A stretch of DNA of 64,000 nucleotides. It comes from the human T2T-CHM13v2.0 reference genome, Homo sapiens. The notes under the pieces were generated by a model, which saw nothing but the letters and a program-made list of their open reading frames with translations, searched no databases and was not told the origin of the DNA. Positions 47,607-64,000 of this stretch are shown one piece after another. The translations under genes and the position numbers were made by a program. Numbering within the stretch: position 1 is the first letter of the stretch; every line of letters starts with the position of its first letter. The DNA lies in NCBI RefSeq assembly GCF_009914755.1, contig NC_060935.1, one strand, 5' to 3'.

Positions 47607-49907
47607 TCAAGGAATAATATACAAATTCACAACTGTAGTTAGAGATTTCAACATCCCTTTTTCAAAAGGTAGTAAAACAAGTACAATCAGCCCTCCCTAT
47701 CTGAGGGTTTCACATCCACGGATTTAATCAACCATCAATCAAAAATACTTAGAACAAAAGTGGATGGTTGCATCTGCACTGAATGTGTATGGACTTTTTT
47801 ATCATTTTTTCCTAAACAATACAGTATAATAATTATTTACATGGCATTTACATTGTATTAGGTGTTATAAATAATGTAGAGACGATTTAAAGTATATTAG
47901 ACAATGTGCATAGATTATATGCAAATACTATGGCATTTTGTATAAGAGACCTGAGCATCCATGGATTTTGGTATCTGAGGATTCTAGAACCAATCTCCTG
48001 TGAATACCAAGGTACCACCATAGACCAAAAATCAGTAAGATACGTAAACCAAATTCACTTGATTAACATTTATAAAACCCCACACCCACCACCAACAGAA
48101 TACACAGCCTTTTGAAGTGCACACAGAACATTTATCAAAATTGACCATATTTGGGGTCATAAAACAAATCTCAATATATTTTAAAAGATTAGTCACATAA
48201 TGGAATTAAATAAGAAATAAATAACAGAAAGATAAACTAGGGATGTTAGCCAGAATAATGCTTCCTTCAAGTATGTCCACATCCTAATTCCTAGACCTAA
48301 CAAGAGGTCACCTCACATGACTGAAGGGACTTTACAGATGTAACTAAAGTTAGAGACTCCGTGATGGGAAGATTACCCTGGATTATCTGGGTGTGCCCAA
48401 TCTAATCATATGAGTCTTTAAAAAGGAAGAGGAAGGCACAAGCATGAGTTGCAGAGAAGAAACAAAAGGAGAAAAAGAAAAGATACAAAGTGTAAGAGGG
48501 CGTCAACTCACCATTTCTGGCTTTGTAGATGGAGGAAGGAGGTCATGAGGCCAACGAATGTGGGTGACCTCTAGAAACTAAAAATGGCTCTCATTTTACA
48601 GCCATTGAGAAAACAGGGACTTCAGCCATACAACCACGATGAACAGAATTCTGCCAACAACTCAACTCGGCAGGAAACGGAGTCTCCCCTAAAGCCTCCA
48701 AAAAGGAATGCAAGCTGCTGACACCTGAGTTTTAGCTCAGTGAGATCCATACTCTACTTCTGACCTATAGAACGATAAGATAATAAATTTGTGTAGTTTT
48801 CAGCCACTAAACCTACGGTAATTCGTTACAGCAGTAATAGAAAACAAATACACTGGGAACTCTTGAAATATTTGGAAAGCAAATAACACACTTCTAAGTA
48901 GCCTATGAACAAAAAACAAATCAATGGAAAAATTAGAAAGTATTTAAACTGAATGATAATGAGAACAAAACATCAAAATCTTGGGGTTCCTGCTAAAGCA
49001 GTATTTAGAAGGAAACGTATAGACAGAATTAAATGTAGATTAGAAAAGAATAAAGGTCTTAAACAATGAGCACAGCTTCCACCTTGAGAAACTAGAAAAA
49101 GAAGAGCAAATTAACTCAAAGTAGACCCCAAAAAAAGAAAGAAAGAAAGAAATAGTGAAGATTACTATTCACAATAGCAAAGATGTGAAATCAACCTAAA
49201 TGGCCATCAACAGTAGACTGGATAAAGAAAATGAGGTACATACACACCAGGGAATACCATGCAGCCATAAAAAAGAATGAGATCATGTACTTTGCAACAA
49301 TATGGATGGAACTGGAGGCCATCATCCTTAGCAAACTAATAAAGAAAACCAAATACTTCATGTTCTCACTTATAAGTGGGAGCTAAATAATGAGAACACA
49401 TGGACAGAAAGAGGGAAACAATAGGGGCCTACTTCAGGGTGGAGGGTGGGAGGAGGGAGAGGTTCAGAAAAAAAACTATTGGATACTATGCTTAGTACCT
49501 GGGTGATGAAATAATCTGTACACCAAATCCCCATGTCACAAGTTTACCTATATAACAAACCTGGACATGATCCCCTGAACCTAAAATAAAAGTTAAAATA
49601 TTTTTTTAAATAAAACTAAACCACATATAAATGAAAAATAATTTAAACAATTATAAACAAAGTTTAAACAAAAATAAACAATATGAGAATAACCATGAAA
49701 AATAAAATAAAGATCAGAGCTGACATCAATAAAATAGGAAACAGAAAAACAACAGAAAAAGCAATGAAACATTTCAGAAATAAATAATCTGTAAGTAAAA
49801 ACAAAAATCAATGTGACCAAACAATGGTCCAGAGACCAATAAAACTGATAAATTTCTAGCCAGATTGATCAGGAAAAAAATAGAGAAGATATAAATTATC
49901 AATATTA

Positions 49908-50288
<381 letters not shown>

Positions 50289-50579
50289 CTATAACAAAAA
50301 TACAGAATGGGTGGCTTGAACAACATTTATTTCTCAGTTCTGGAGGCTGGGAAATCCAAGATTTCCCAGATTTAGTATCTGGTAAAGACCCACTTCCTGG
50401 TTCATATCTTCTTACCATATCCTCACATGGTAGAAGGGGCAAGGGGGCTCTCTGGGTCCTCTTTTGTGAGGGCACTAATGCCATTCATGAGGGCTCCACC
50501 CTCATGACCTAATCACCTCCCAAAGCCTCCACCTTCTTTTTTTTTTTTTTTTCAGTTTTTTTGTTTGTTTGTTTGTTTT

Positions 50580-53096
50580 ATTTTTTATTTTTTTATTTTA
50601 TTTATTTATTTATTTTTTTAATTTATTTTTTTATTGATAATTCTTGGGTGTTTCTCACAGAGGGGGATTTGGCAGGGTCATGGGACAATAGTGGAGGGAA
50701 GGTCAGCAGATAAACAAGTGAACAAAGGTCTCTGGTTTTCCTAGGCAGAGGACCCTGCGGCCTTCCGCAGTGTTTGTGTCCCTGATTACTTGAGATTAGG
50801 GATTGGTGATGACTCTTAACGAGCATGCTGCCTTCAAGCATCTGTTTAACAAAGCACATCTTGCACCGCCCTTAATCCATTTAACCCTGAGTGGACACAG
50901 CACATGTTTCAGAGAGCACAGGGTTGGGGGTAAGGTCACAGATCAACAGGATCCCAAGGCAGAAGAATTTTTCTTAGTGCAGAACAAAATGAAAAGTCTC
51001 CCATGTCTACTTCTTTCTACACAGACACGGCAACCATCCGATTTCTCAATCTTTTCCCCACCTTTCCCGCCCTTCTATTCCACAAAGCCGCCATTGTCAT
51101 CCTGGCCCGTTCTCAATGAGCTGTTGGGTACACCTCCCAGACGGGGTGGTGGCCGGGCAGAGGGGCTCCTCACTTCCCAGTAGGGGCGGCCGGGCAGAGG
51201 CGCCCCTCACCTCCCGGACGGGGCGGCTGGCCGGGCGGGGGGCTGACCCCCCACCTCCCTCCCCGACGGGGCGGCTGGCCGGGTGGGGGGCTGACCCCCC
51301 CACCTCCCTCCCGGACAGGGCGGCTGGCCGGGCGGGGGGCTGACCCCCCCACCTCCCTCCCGGACGGGGCGGCTGGCCGGGCAGAGGGGCTCCTCACTTC
51401 CCAGTAGGGGCGGCCGGGCAGAGGCGCCCCTCACCTCCCGGACGGGGCGGCTGGCCGGGCGGAGGGCTGACCCCCCCACCTCCCTCCCGGACGGGGCGGC
51501 TGGCCGGGCGGGGGGCTGACCCCCCCACCTCCCTCCCGGACAGGGCGGCTGGCCGGGCAGAGGGGCTCCTCACTTCCCAGTAGGGGCGGCCGGGCAGAGG
51601 CTTCCCTCACCTCCCAGACGGGGCGGCTGGCCAGGAGGGGGGCTGACCCCCCCACCTCCCTCCCAGATGGGGCGGCTGGCCGGGCGGGGGGCTGACCCCC
51701 CCACCTCCCTCCCGGATGGGGCAGCTGGCCAGGCGGGGGGCTGACCCCCCCACCTCCCTCCCGGACAGGGCGGCTGGCCGGGCAGAGGGGCTCCTCACTT
51801 CCCAGTAAGGGCGGCCGGGCAGAGGCGCCCCTCACCTCCCGGACGGGGCGGCTGGCCGGGCGGAGGGCTGACCCCCCCACCTCCCTCCCGGACGGGGCGG
51901 CTGGCCGGGCGGGGGCTGACCCCCCCACCTCCCTCCCGGACAGGGCGGCTGGCCGGGCAGAGGGGCTCCTCACTTCCCAGTAGGGGCGGCCGGGCAGAGG
52001 CGCCCCTCACCTCCCGGACGGGGCGGCTGGCCGGGCGGGGGCTGACCCCCCCACCTCCCTCCCGGACGGCGCGGCTGGCCGGGCGGGGGGCTGACCCTCC
52101 CACCTCCCTCCCGGACGGGGCGGCTGGCCGGGCGGGGGGCTGACCCCCCACCTCCCTCCCGGATGGGGCGGCTGGCCGGGTGGGGGGCTGACCCCCCCCA
52201 CCTCCCTCCCGGACGGGGTGGCTGCTGGGCGGAGACGCTCCTCACTTCCCAGCTGGGGTGGCTGCCGGGCGGAGAGGCTCCTCACTTCTCAGACGGGGCA
52301 GCTGCCAGGCGGAGGGGCTCCTCACTTCTCAGACGGGGTGGTTGCCAGGCAGAGGGTCTCCTCACTTCTCAGATGGGGCGGCCGGGCAGAGACGCTCCTC
52401 ACCTCCCAGACGGGGTCGTGGCCGGGCAGAGGTGCTCCCCACATCTCAGACGATGGGCGGCCGGGCAGAGACGCTCCTCACTTCCTAGATGTGATGGCGG
52501 CTGGGAAGAGGCGCTCCTCACTTCCTAGATGGGATGGCGGCCGGGCAGAGATGCTCCTCACTTTCCAGACTGGGCAGCCAGGCAGAGGGGCTCCTCACAT
52601 CCCAGACGATGGGCGGCCAGGCAGAGACACTCCTCACTTCCCAGACGGGGTGGCGGCCGGGCAGAGGCTGCAATCTCGGCACTTTGGGAGGCCAAGGCAG
52701 ACGGCTGGGAGGTGGAGGTTGTAGCGAGCCGAGATCACGCCACTGCACTCCAGCCTGGGCACCATTGAGCACTGAGTGAACGAGACTCCGTCTGCAATCC
52801 CGGCACCTCAGGAGGCCGAGGCTGGCGGATCACTTGTGGTTAGGGGCTGGAGACTGGCCTGGCCAACACAGCGAAACCCCGTCTCCACCAAAAAAATACG
52901 AAAACCAGTCAGGCGTGGCGGCGCACGCCTGCAATTGCAGGCACTCCGCAGGCTGAGGCAGGAGAATCAGGCAGGGAGGTTGCAGTGAGCCGAGATGGCA
53001 GCAGTACAGTCCAGCTTCGGCTCCGCATGAGAGGGAGACCGTGGAAAGAGAGGGAGACCGTGGGGAGAGGGAGAGGGAGAGGGAGAGGGGGAGGGG
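50580..53096 (-). mobile_element. Full-length SVA retrotransposon (probably a young E/F-type)
   Basis: (CCCTCT)n head about 53096-53030, Alu-like domain, GC-rich VNTR about 51130-52680, SINE-R about 50640-51130, A-tail; perfect 14-bp TSD TGTTTGTTTGTTTT at 50566-50579 / 53097-53110. Confidence 0.95.
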
Positions 53097-53195
53097 TGTT
53101 TGTTTGTTTTTAAGACAAGGTCTTGCTCTGTTGCCTGTGTTGAAGTGCAGTGACTTGATCATAGCTCACTGCAGCTTCTAACTCCTGGGCGCAAG

Positions 53196-53242
<47 letters not shown>

Positions 53243-54610
53243 AGACTCTCTCTGTCACCCAGGCTGGAGTGCAGTGGTACGATCTCGGCTCACTACAATC
53301 CCTGCCTCCTGAGTTCAAGAGATTCTCCTGTCTCAGCATCCTGAATAGCTGGGATTACAAGTGCACACCACCACACTCAGCTAATTTTTGTATTTTTAGT
53401 AGAGATGGGGTTTCACCCTGTTGCCCAGGATAGTCTCAAATTCCTGACCTCAAGTGATCTGCCCACCTCGGCCTCCCAAAGTGCTGGGGTTACAGGCGTG
53501 AGCCACCACACCCCACCTTCTCCCAAAGTCCCCACCTTCTAATACCATCACATTCAAGGTTAGGAATTCAACACAGGAATTTCGGGGGAACACAAACATT
53601 CAGCCCATAACAGTTATGAACAATCGTGCCAATAAATTTCACAACTCGGGTAAAATGGACACAGTCCTTGAAAAAGCCCACTGATGATGAAATAGATAGC
53701 CCAAATAGCCCTTTATCTATTAAATAAATTGAATTTGTAGTTTAAAAAAAAATTCAGACCTAGGTAGCATCACTGGTGAAATCTACCAGACATTTAAAGA
53801 AGAAATAATACCAATTCTACACAAACACTTCAAGAAAATTGAAGAAGGAATTCTTCCAACTTGTTCTGTGGAGACCAGATTTACCCTGTGTTGATTACCC
53901 TGGTTAATTTTATGTGCCAACTTAGCTAGGCCCAGATATTTGGCCTAATACATCAGTATGTTGTTGTGAAAGTATTTTTATAGATGAGATTAACATTTAA
54001 ATTAGTAGACTTTAAGTAAGGTAGATTATTCTCCATAACGTGAGTGGACCTCATCCAATCACTTGAAAGCTTTAAGAGAAAACAGACTGAGGTCCTGTGA
54101 GGAAGAGGAAAATCTGTCTCTAGATTGTCTATGGACAGTTGCAACAGCAACTCCCTTGGTCTCCAACCTGCCAAAATACCCTGCAGATTTTAGACATGTC
54201 AGCTACATGAGCCAACTTCTCTAGAGAAACAGAACCAATAGGGTACATACACAGTTGTCCCATCCCTCGGTGGGGGATTAGTTCCAAGACCTCCCCATGG
54301 CTACCAAAAGCCATGGATGCTCAAGTCCCTTATATAAAATGATGTAATATTTGCATGTAACCTGCACACATCCTCCTATATACTTTAAACCATCTCTAGA
54401 TTACTTGTAATACCTAATACAACATAAATGCCATATAAATAGTTATTGTACTATATTGTTTAGGGGATAATGACAAGAAAAATTCTGTATCTGTTCAGTA
54501 CAAGTGCAGTCATCCTTTTTTTTTTCCAAATATTTTTGATCTTCAGTTGGTTAAATCCACAAATGCAGAACCCATGGATTCAGAGAAACAGACAAACTGA
54601 ACCAATGGGA

Positions 54611-54611
54611 G

Positions 54612-54666
<55 letters not shown>

Positions 54667-54744
54667 AAATTAAAGTAGACAAAGAAATAATAAAGATTAC
54701 TATTCACAATAGCAAAGTGGGATACACGCACACAAACACACACA

Positions 54745-54797
<53 letters not shown>
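54611..54797. repeat. Compound (TA)n(TG)n ... (CA)n(TA)n microsatellite in MLT2
   Basis: Seen directly. Confidence 0.9.
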
Positions 54798-55539
54798 CAC
54801 ATTGGTTCTCTCTCTCTGGAGAACCCTAATATACTGATACCAAAAACAAAGACATTACAAGAAAAGAAAACTATAGACAAATCCTCTCATGACTTAGAGG
54901 CAAAAATTCTTAACAAAATTTTAATAAATTTAATCTAATAACATATCAAAAGAATAATACCAAATGACTAGAGTTTTTTTCAGGAATGAAAGGTTGGTTT
55001 AACATATCGTGCCATCAATGTAATGTACCATATTAACAGACTAAAAAAGTAAAACCATATTATCATCTCAATGGATGCAGGGTAAGCACTTGACGAGACC
55101 CAACATCTATTTTTGATAAAAATTCTCAGCAAACTAGAAAGAAAAGAACTAGCTCAATCTGTTAAAGGACATCTAAGAAAAACCCACAGCTAATGTACTT
55201 AAAGATGAAAGACAATGCTTTCCTCCTAAGATCATGAACAAGACAAGGATGTCCTCTCTCCACTTCTATTCAACATTGTACTGGAGGTTCTAGCCAGTGC
55301 AATAAGCCAAGAAACAGAAACAAAAAGCACCCAGATAGGAAAGAAAACAAACTGTTTTTGTTCACAGACAACATGATTGTCTATGTAGAATACTCAACGG
55401 TCTTACAAAAAGTTACTAGAATTAATAAGTGAGTGTAGCAGTTTTGCTTTTTGTTTTGATTAATATTCAAAAATTAATTGTATTTTTATATACTAGTAAT
55501 AAACAATTGGAAATTTAAAAAATTTTAATACCATATATA

Positions 55540-58758
<3,219 letters not shown>

Positions 58759-59074
58759 TCCCTGTCTCAAACTCCTGCTTTCCAGGTAGATGGAGCGGGA
58801 TAATGTGCTTTAATTGGTGAAGGGTTTCTGATCCCCATTTATCATGCAGAAGGCAGGAGCAAGCCAGAGACAGGTCCTGGCGAAAGGAAGCTAAAATGGT
58901 GCCTTTGATACAGGGGAAAGGGATACGAAAGGGGCTTAGGTGAGACCTCCTTACAGCTAGTGGCACCTGGTCAGCAGGGCCGTAGAGTTGAGGCCATCCC
59001 CTTAGCAGCAGTGGGACTTTGTTACACACACCCTCTGAGTCTTGGTGAGAAACTAGTCCCAGGGCCCCTTGTTG

Positions 59075-59112
59075 TCTCTGCCACTCCCATTCATGACATC
59101 ATGGAAACTTCT
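59075..59112 (-). promoter_or_regulatory. CD3D 3' enhancer delta-A element (CRE-like TGACATCA at 59094-59101, flanking Ikaros-type sites)
   Basis: Minus strand AGAAGTTTCCATGATGTCATGAATGGGAGTGGCAGAGA closely matches the recalled delta-A element; about 350 bp past the poly(A) signal. Confidence 0.8.
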
Positions 59113-59450
59113 GTGCGGCTGGGCTCCTGAACACAGCAGCCTGCCCTCGGCTGGATGAGGCAGCCAAAACCCTAAAAGGGTTGTGATAGGGACTGGAGTC
59201 AACAAGTAGCTGTGGGAACGTGGTGGCGCAGACCCTTCACCCAGGGAGCCCTGTGGGCTAGAAACACCAGACAGCCAGGATGTGGCGAGAGACTGCCCAA
59301 CACACTGTCTGTGTGAGGCAGAGGAAGGAAGGAGATGAAGGAAGAAACAGGTAGGTAGGAGGGCGAGATCCCAAGCAAGTCAGGACAACTCCCACGCCTT
59401 GCCCAGGAGCCTTAAGAAGCCCAGGCACCTGCTGAGTGAAAGAGGATATA

Positions 59451-59456
59451 TTTATT
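59451..59456 (-). terminator. CD3D: CD3D polyadenylation signal AATAAA
   Basis: TTTATT on +, about 65 nt past the stop. Confidence 0.88.
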
Positions 59457-59519
59457 GGCTGAGCAAGAAGGGAAGGTACAGTTGGTAATGGCTGCTTCTA
59501 GAAGCCACCAGTCTCAGGT

Positions 59520-59585
59520 TCACTTGTTCCGAGCCCAGTTTCCTCCAAGGTGGCTGTACTGAGCATCATCTCGATCTCGGAGGGG
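59520..59585 (-). CDS. CD3D: CD3D exon 5 coding part (PLRDRDDAQYSHLGGNWARNK*)
   Basis: Stop TGA at 59522-59520; exon lengths 55+219+132+44+66 = 516 nt. Confidence 0.98.
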   Translation of the reverse strand, partial: PLRDRDDAQYSHLGGNWARNK

Positions 59586-59808
59586 CTAAGAGAGGAGAAG
59601 AGAAAACGGTCAGGAGGCAGGGTTAGAACTCTTCAAGGAAGGGCCCCAGCAGGCCCTGACGATGAGAGCTCCTGCCTGACCTCTCCAGTCACACCCAGCA
59701 ATGAACTCCCCAGTAGGACCCTTCCCACGTGCAAACAGCATTCAGTGTGAGCCTCTCTATCCCCACTTACCCTCCCTTCATTCCTGCCTCCTTCCCCTCA
59801 ACGCTCAC

Positions 59809-59852
59809 CTGATAGACCTGGTCATTCCTCAACAGAGCTTGTGTGTCGGCAG
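59809..59852 (-). CDS. CD3D: CD3D exon 4 (ADTQALLRNDQVYQ)
   Basis: ttctag acceptor, gtgagc donor; 44 nt. Confidence 0.97.
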
Positions 59853-60065
59853 CTAGAAGAACCAGAGAGAGACATCAATGGCCTAGCAGATGGGACTGTG
59901 AGATCCACCCTCCCACACCCTCAGAAGTCTGCATGAGTGATATGAACACACAAGTTCTTTCAACAGTCAAAGTTCTAGGAGTCTTTAGGAGATTGCAAGA
60001 GTAACTCCCAGCTGAGACTAAACCTACCACCAGCCCCATTCCTTAGCTGGTGCATAAGCTCACTG

Positions 60066-60068
<3 letters not shown>

Positions 60069-60099
<31 letters not shown>
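60069..60099. repeat. (CA)n microsatellite in CD3D intron 3
   Basis: Seen directly, about 35 nt from the exon 3 donor. Confidence 0.95.
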
Positions 60100-60109
<10 letters not shown>

Positions 60110-60130
60110 TCATGCTCTGCTCTTCCACTA

Positions 60131-60331
<201 letters not shown>

Positions 60332-60697
60332 CTAGGGCAACCCTTAGATCTCTTATGCCAAAACCCAAACTTCAATAAGACCCTGGGAGAAAGGCCTGGT
60401 GATGGGCTTGCCACACCTTCCTCCACCCTGCATCCTAAGGAATCCCTGGGAAGAGCCAAGAAGTAATCTCAGCTTTTGGGACCTTGAACAAGGTGGTGGG
60501 CCAAACCTCTCACCCAACCAAGGCTGCAGTAACATGACCCCTACTGCTCTGTCTTGCTGAGTTAAGCTCTCTCTTCCACTTTGAAGGTCCCCAAATCTGG
60601 CTTGTACCATTACAATAGTGACCTCACTTTGTTTAGAGAACAGATGGGTTCACCATATCCCTCTCTAGCCAGAAAGTTCTCACATCCAGAAGCCCTA

Positions 60698-61105
<408 letters not shown>

Positions 61106-62533
61106 TCAGAAAGTTCCCCACCAACTGCAGGGGTCAAGGGGGACATGAGGATGCCATTCAAGCAGAGGACAGGTCTTGGGGCCTTGGTGCAAAAGAGGAC
61201 CCCTCAGAGCAGGATTGACCCAAGCACCTTCCTGGAAATGAATCCAGACCACTGATGAGGAGTAGGGGGAGCACGGACCACTGAAGCACCTGGAAGATGT
61301 GGAAAGACAGAAGAACATTCCTCGATTGGAAATGTCTGCATTTTTTCTTCAAGGAAACATCTAATTCCACTTCCCAGCCATCTACAACACTCCCACTTCA
61401 GCTTCTTATCCTCATCCTTCCTCATTGCCCCTGCTCCATCGACAACCAAGAAAGCGGGGCTCTCAACACTGAAGCCTTTCCCAGGGCCAGGGATGGCTGT
61501 GGGTGGAGACCAGCTGGTTTACCAGCCCCTGAATTATCAGCCAAGTGGTCCAGAACGGGACCAGGGCAAATCCCATGTACAGTTTTCCACCCTTGGTTAG
61601 AAGGAGGAGAACAGGAAAAAAATTTTATTGAATCCATCCCTAGAGCTCCTCACAAGTCAAGTCTTGTGGGAGACTTTTAGGGCTGGAGGTGAGTGCAGCA
61701 ACATTCCAGATGCAGTGAGTTCCTCTGACAGCCTGAGCACATCTCCACAGGCCACAGAGGCACTACAGTCTATGCCTCCAAACACAGGGAAAAGTGGAGG
61801 CTACATTCATTCATCCTGGGCTTCACACTAAGTCCCAAATTTGGATACAAGAGCATCTTCTAGAAAACCCTGAAACACCTGTTGCTCACACTTCTGAAGC
61901 AGGTTGGAAGTATATGCATGTATCCTCAGGGAGACACATGCACATCAAATGCTTCACGTCCTACAGTCGCGTCCTCTTCAGGGATCTGTCTCCAGTGGAA
62001 ATCCTGAGTGCCCTAGTGCAGCCAACTATTAGGTGACCATTGGACCCAGTTTGCTTAGTGTTGAAGGGGTTCCTCGGACATGGGACTTTCCATTTTAAAA
62101 CTGAAATTGGCAAACTGAGATGAGTTAAAATCCTACCATGTAACAACCCCTCAAATCTTCCCTCCGTCCTGCTCAACCTAAAGTTAACTTCTCTTAAAGC
62201 ATTCACATAAGTGCTAGGACATGCCTCCAGGGATGACATAATCATGGCCAAACAAACAAGAGTCCTGATTCCAGAGGCCATCAGGCCTAAAAGGAGTAGT
62301 GCAGGAAGCTGTGCTCCCATGGCCAGTCCCAGATTCAGGTACATACGTACTGAGCTATTTTCTGCAGATCTCTGGCCTAAGGCCTTCTGAGAGACATTCT
62401 AGGCCCACATGCACCCATGGCTGGAGTCAGTCAAAGCCAAGAGCCTGTTTCCCAGACTCTATGCTACATCCTGCCCCTGCCCTCCTGACACCCCTGGGGT
62501 GCCTGGTGAACTGAAGCTAGCACCGAGAAGCAC

Positions 62534-62862
<329 letters not shown>

Positions 62863-62910
62863 TAATGTCCCTCTCAGGTCCCTTCCCCCACCCACCTGGA
62901 GTAGCCTTAC

Positions 62911-62965
62911 CTTGCGAGAGAAGGGTAGCCAGTACCAGGCCAGAGAGAAACGTGCTATGTTCCAT
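62911..62965 (-). CDS. CD3D: CD3 delta exon 1 coding part ([18 protein letters not shown])
   Basis: ATG at 62965, donor GTAAGG after 62911; 55 nt. Confidence 0.98.
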
Positions 62966-63450
62966 CTCCCAGCGGAACTCATCCAGTAGATAAAGCCAGG
63001 TCACCGAACTATCAGCCTGGGTGAGAGCTGCCCTCCCCTAGCTGACTCACAGGTACCGGAAAGAGGAGAGTGGGGGAGGAACTAGAAGATGTCTGCTTCT
63101 CTGCTTTCTGCCGTTGATGGTGGGAAATTTTCAGAGTGGGGGTGGGCTAGGGGTAGGGTAGGAAGGAAGCGGTGTAAATTGCTCTATCTCTGAGCAGGGA
63201 GCTGGCAGAGAATATGGAAAAGGTGGCCTGAACTTTAGCGTCCCTATTGACAATGCAACCACATTTACACACAACCTAAACACTGCCACATCTCGAAGCC
63301 CCTTGAGAGAAGCCGTCGGCCCCATAGCGCAAGCCGTAGCAGCTAGATTTCTCATGGAGGCTGATCTTTCTCAGGACCCTTCACTAGGCAGCCAGGGACA
63401 CCAGATCTAGCAGCTTCTTGTCAGTGGGAGGTTGGGCTTTAGAGACCCCA
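62966..63450 (-). promoter_or_regulatory. CD3D: CD3D 5' UTR and promoter (intergenic region shared with head-to-head CD3G, expected just beyond the window)
   Basis: Unique DNA upstream of the ATG with GATA and GGAA motifs; CD3G arrangement is prior knowledge. Confidence 0.65.
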
Positions 63451-64000
63451 GCCAGAGATTTGAATCCTGGGTCCAATACTGCCTACCTGTGGGGCCTGGG
63501 CCAGCCATAAAATTTTTCAGAGTCTTATTCCATTAGTACCATTATTAGGATTCAAACAAGATATTTGCATGGTGCCTCACGCATCATATGTGCTCATTAA
63601 GGGGTAGTTATTAATAATAATATAATTGACTGACAGGCAATATTGAGCCTCCCGGTGAGACAAATGGACCTTTTTCCCCTGTGGCCTACGAGGATCTGAA
63701 ACTCTTCACGCTGCTGCAGTTAGACTGTCACTTACCTGGGGACAGAGTCATGCCTGTCTTGCTCACTGCTGTATCTTGTGCCTGGCACATAACGGGAGCT
63801 CTGCACATTTTTGTTGGCTCACTGACTGACTGGCTGAGGGAGATAGGGGCCTGAGATCCTGGACATTCAGTCCGGGCTCTGGCCCCTGAAAATGTGCTGG
63901 CCTGTCCTCAGAATTGTTCCACCTATTGCCTTCCAGGCGCCTCTTTCATGATCTCAAAAGAATAGTGAAACCAGGTGCCGTGTCTCACGCCTGTAATCCC

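Noticed and set aside
51130-52680. Regular repeat array superficially like a CRISPR array
   Set aside because: Tandem SVA VNTR units with no unique spacers, in human DNA
50623-53162. Many overlapping GC-rich ORFs up to 180 aa
   Set aside because: All are translations of the SVA VNTR, Alu-like and SINE-R domains
50517-53540. SVA 5' transduction of the adjacent Alus
   Set aside because: SVA has its own perfect 14-bp TSD inside the Alu tail; the outer diverged TSD belongs to the older Alu
58955-58970. CTCF-like CTAGTGGCACC (also at about 25422)
   Set aside because: Only a partial motif match; cannot be supported without a PWM scan or ChIP data

Overview
Human (primate) genomic DNA from the T-cell receptor CD3 cluster (11q23.3, recognised from the encoded proteins). 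It holds the complete CD3E gene on + (9 exons including three 15-21 nt micro-exons; CDS 25300-35866, 624 nt spliced, 207 aa) and the complete CD3D coding region on - (5 exons; CDS 62965-59520, 516 nt spliced, 171 aa), arranged tail-to-tail. Each gene is followed by its known T-cell 3' enhancer: the TCF-1 AACAAAG element at about 37.2 kb and the delta-A CRE/Ikaros element at about 59.1 kb. The rest is dense in repeats: many Alus, L1/L2/MIR fragments, a full-length Alu-interrupted Tigger1, a degraded ERVL provirus upstream of CD3E and a full-length SVA. Nearly all ORFs in the supplied track are repeat-derived noise. The least expected element is a 2.5 kb CHST5/CHST6-like processed pseudogene (40899-43418, -) inserted into an L2. 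It carries the CDS end plus a long ERV-derived 3' UTR polyadenylated inside an LTR. Other observations: an 81-bp intronic duplication around CD3E micro-exon 5, splice-created uORFs in CD3E, several locally templated insertions and L1-mediated transductions. I see no evidence for a new multi-gene system. Repeat subfamily names and reference comparisons are from memory and need RepeatMasker/BLAST confirmation.
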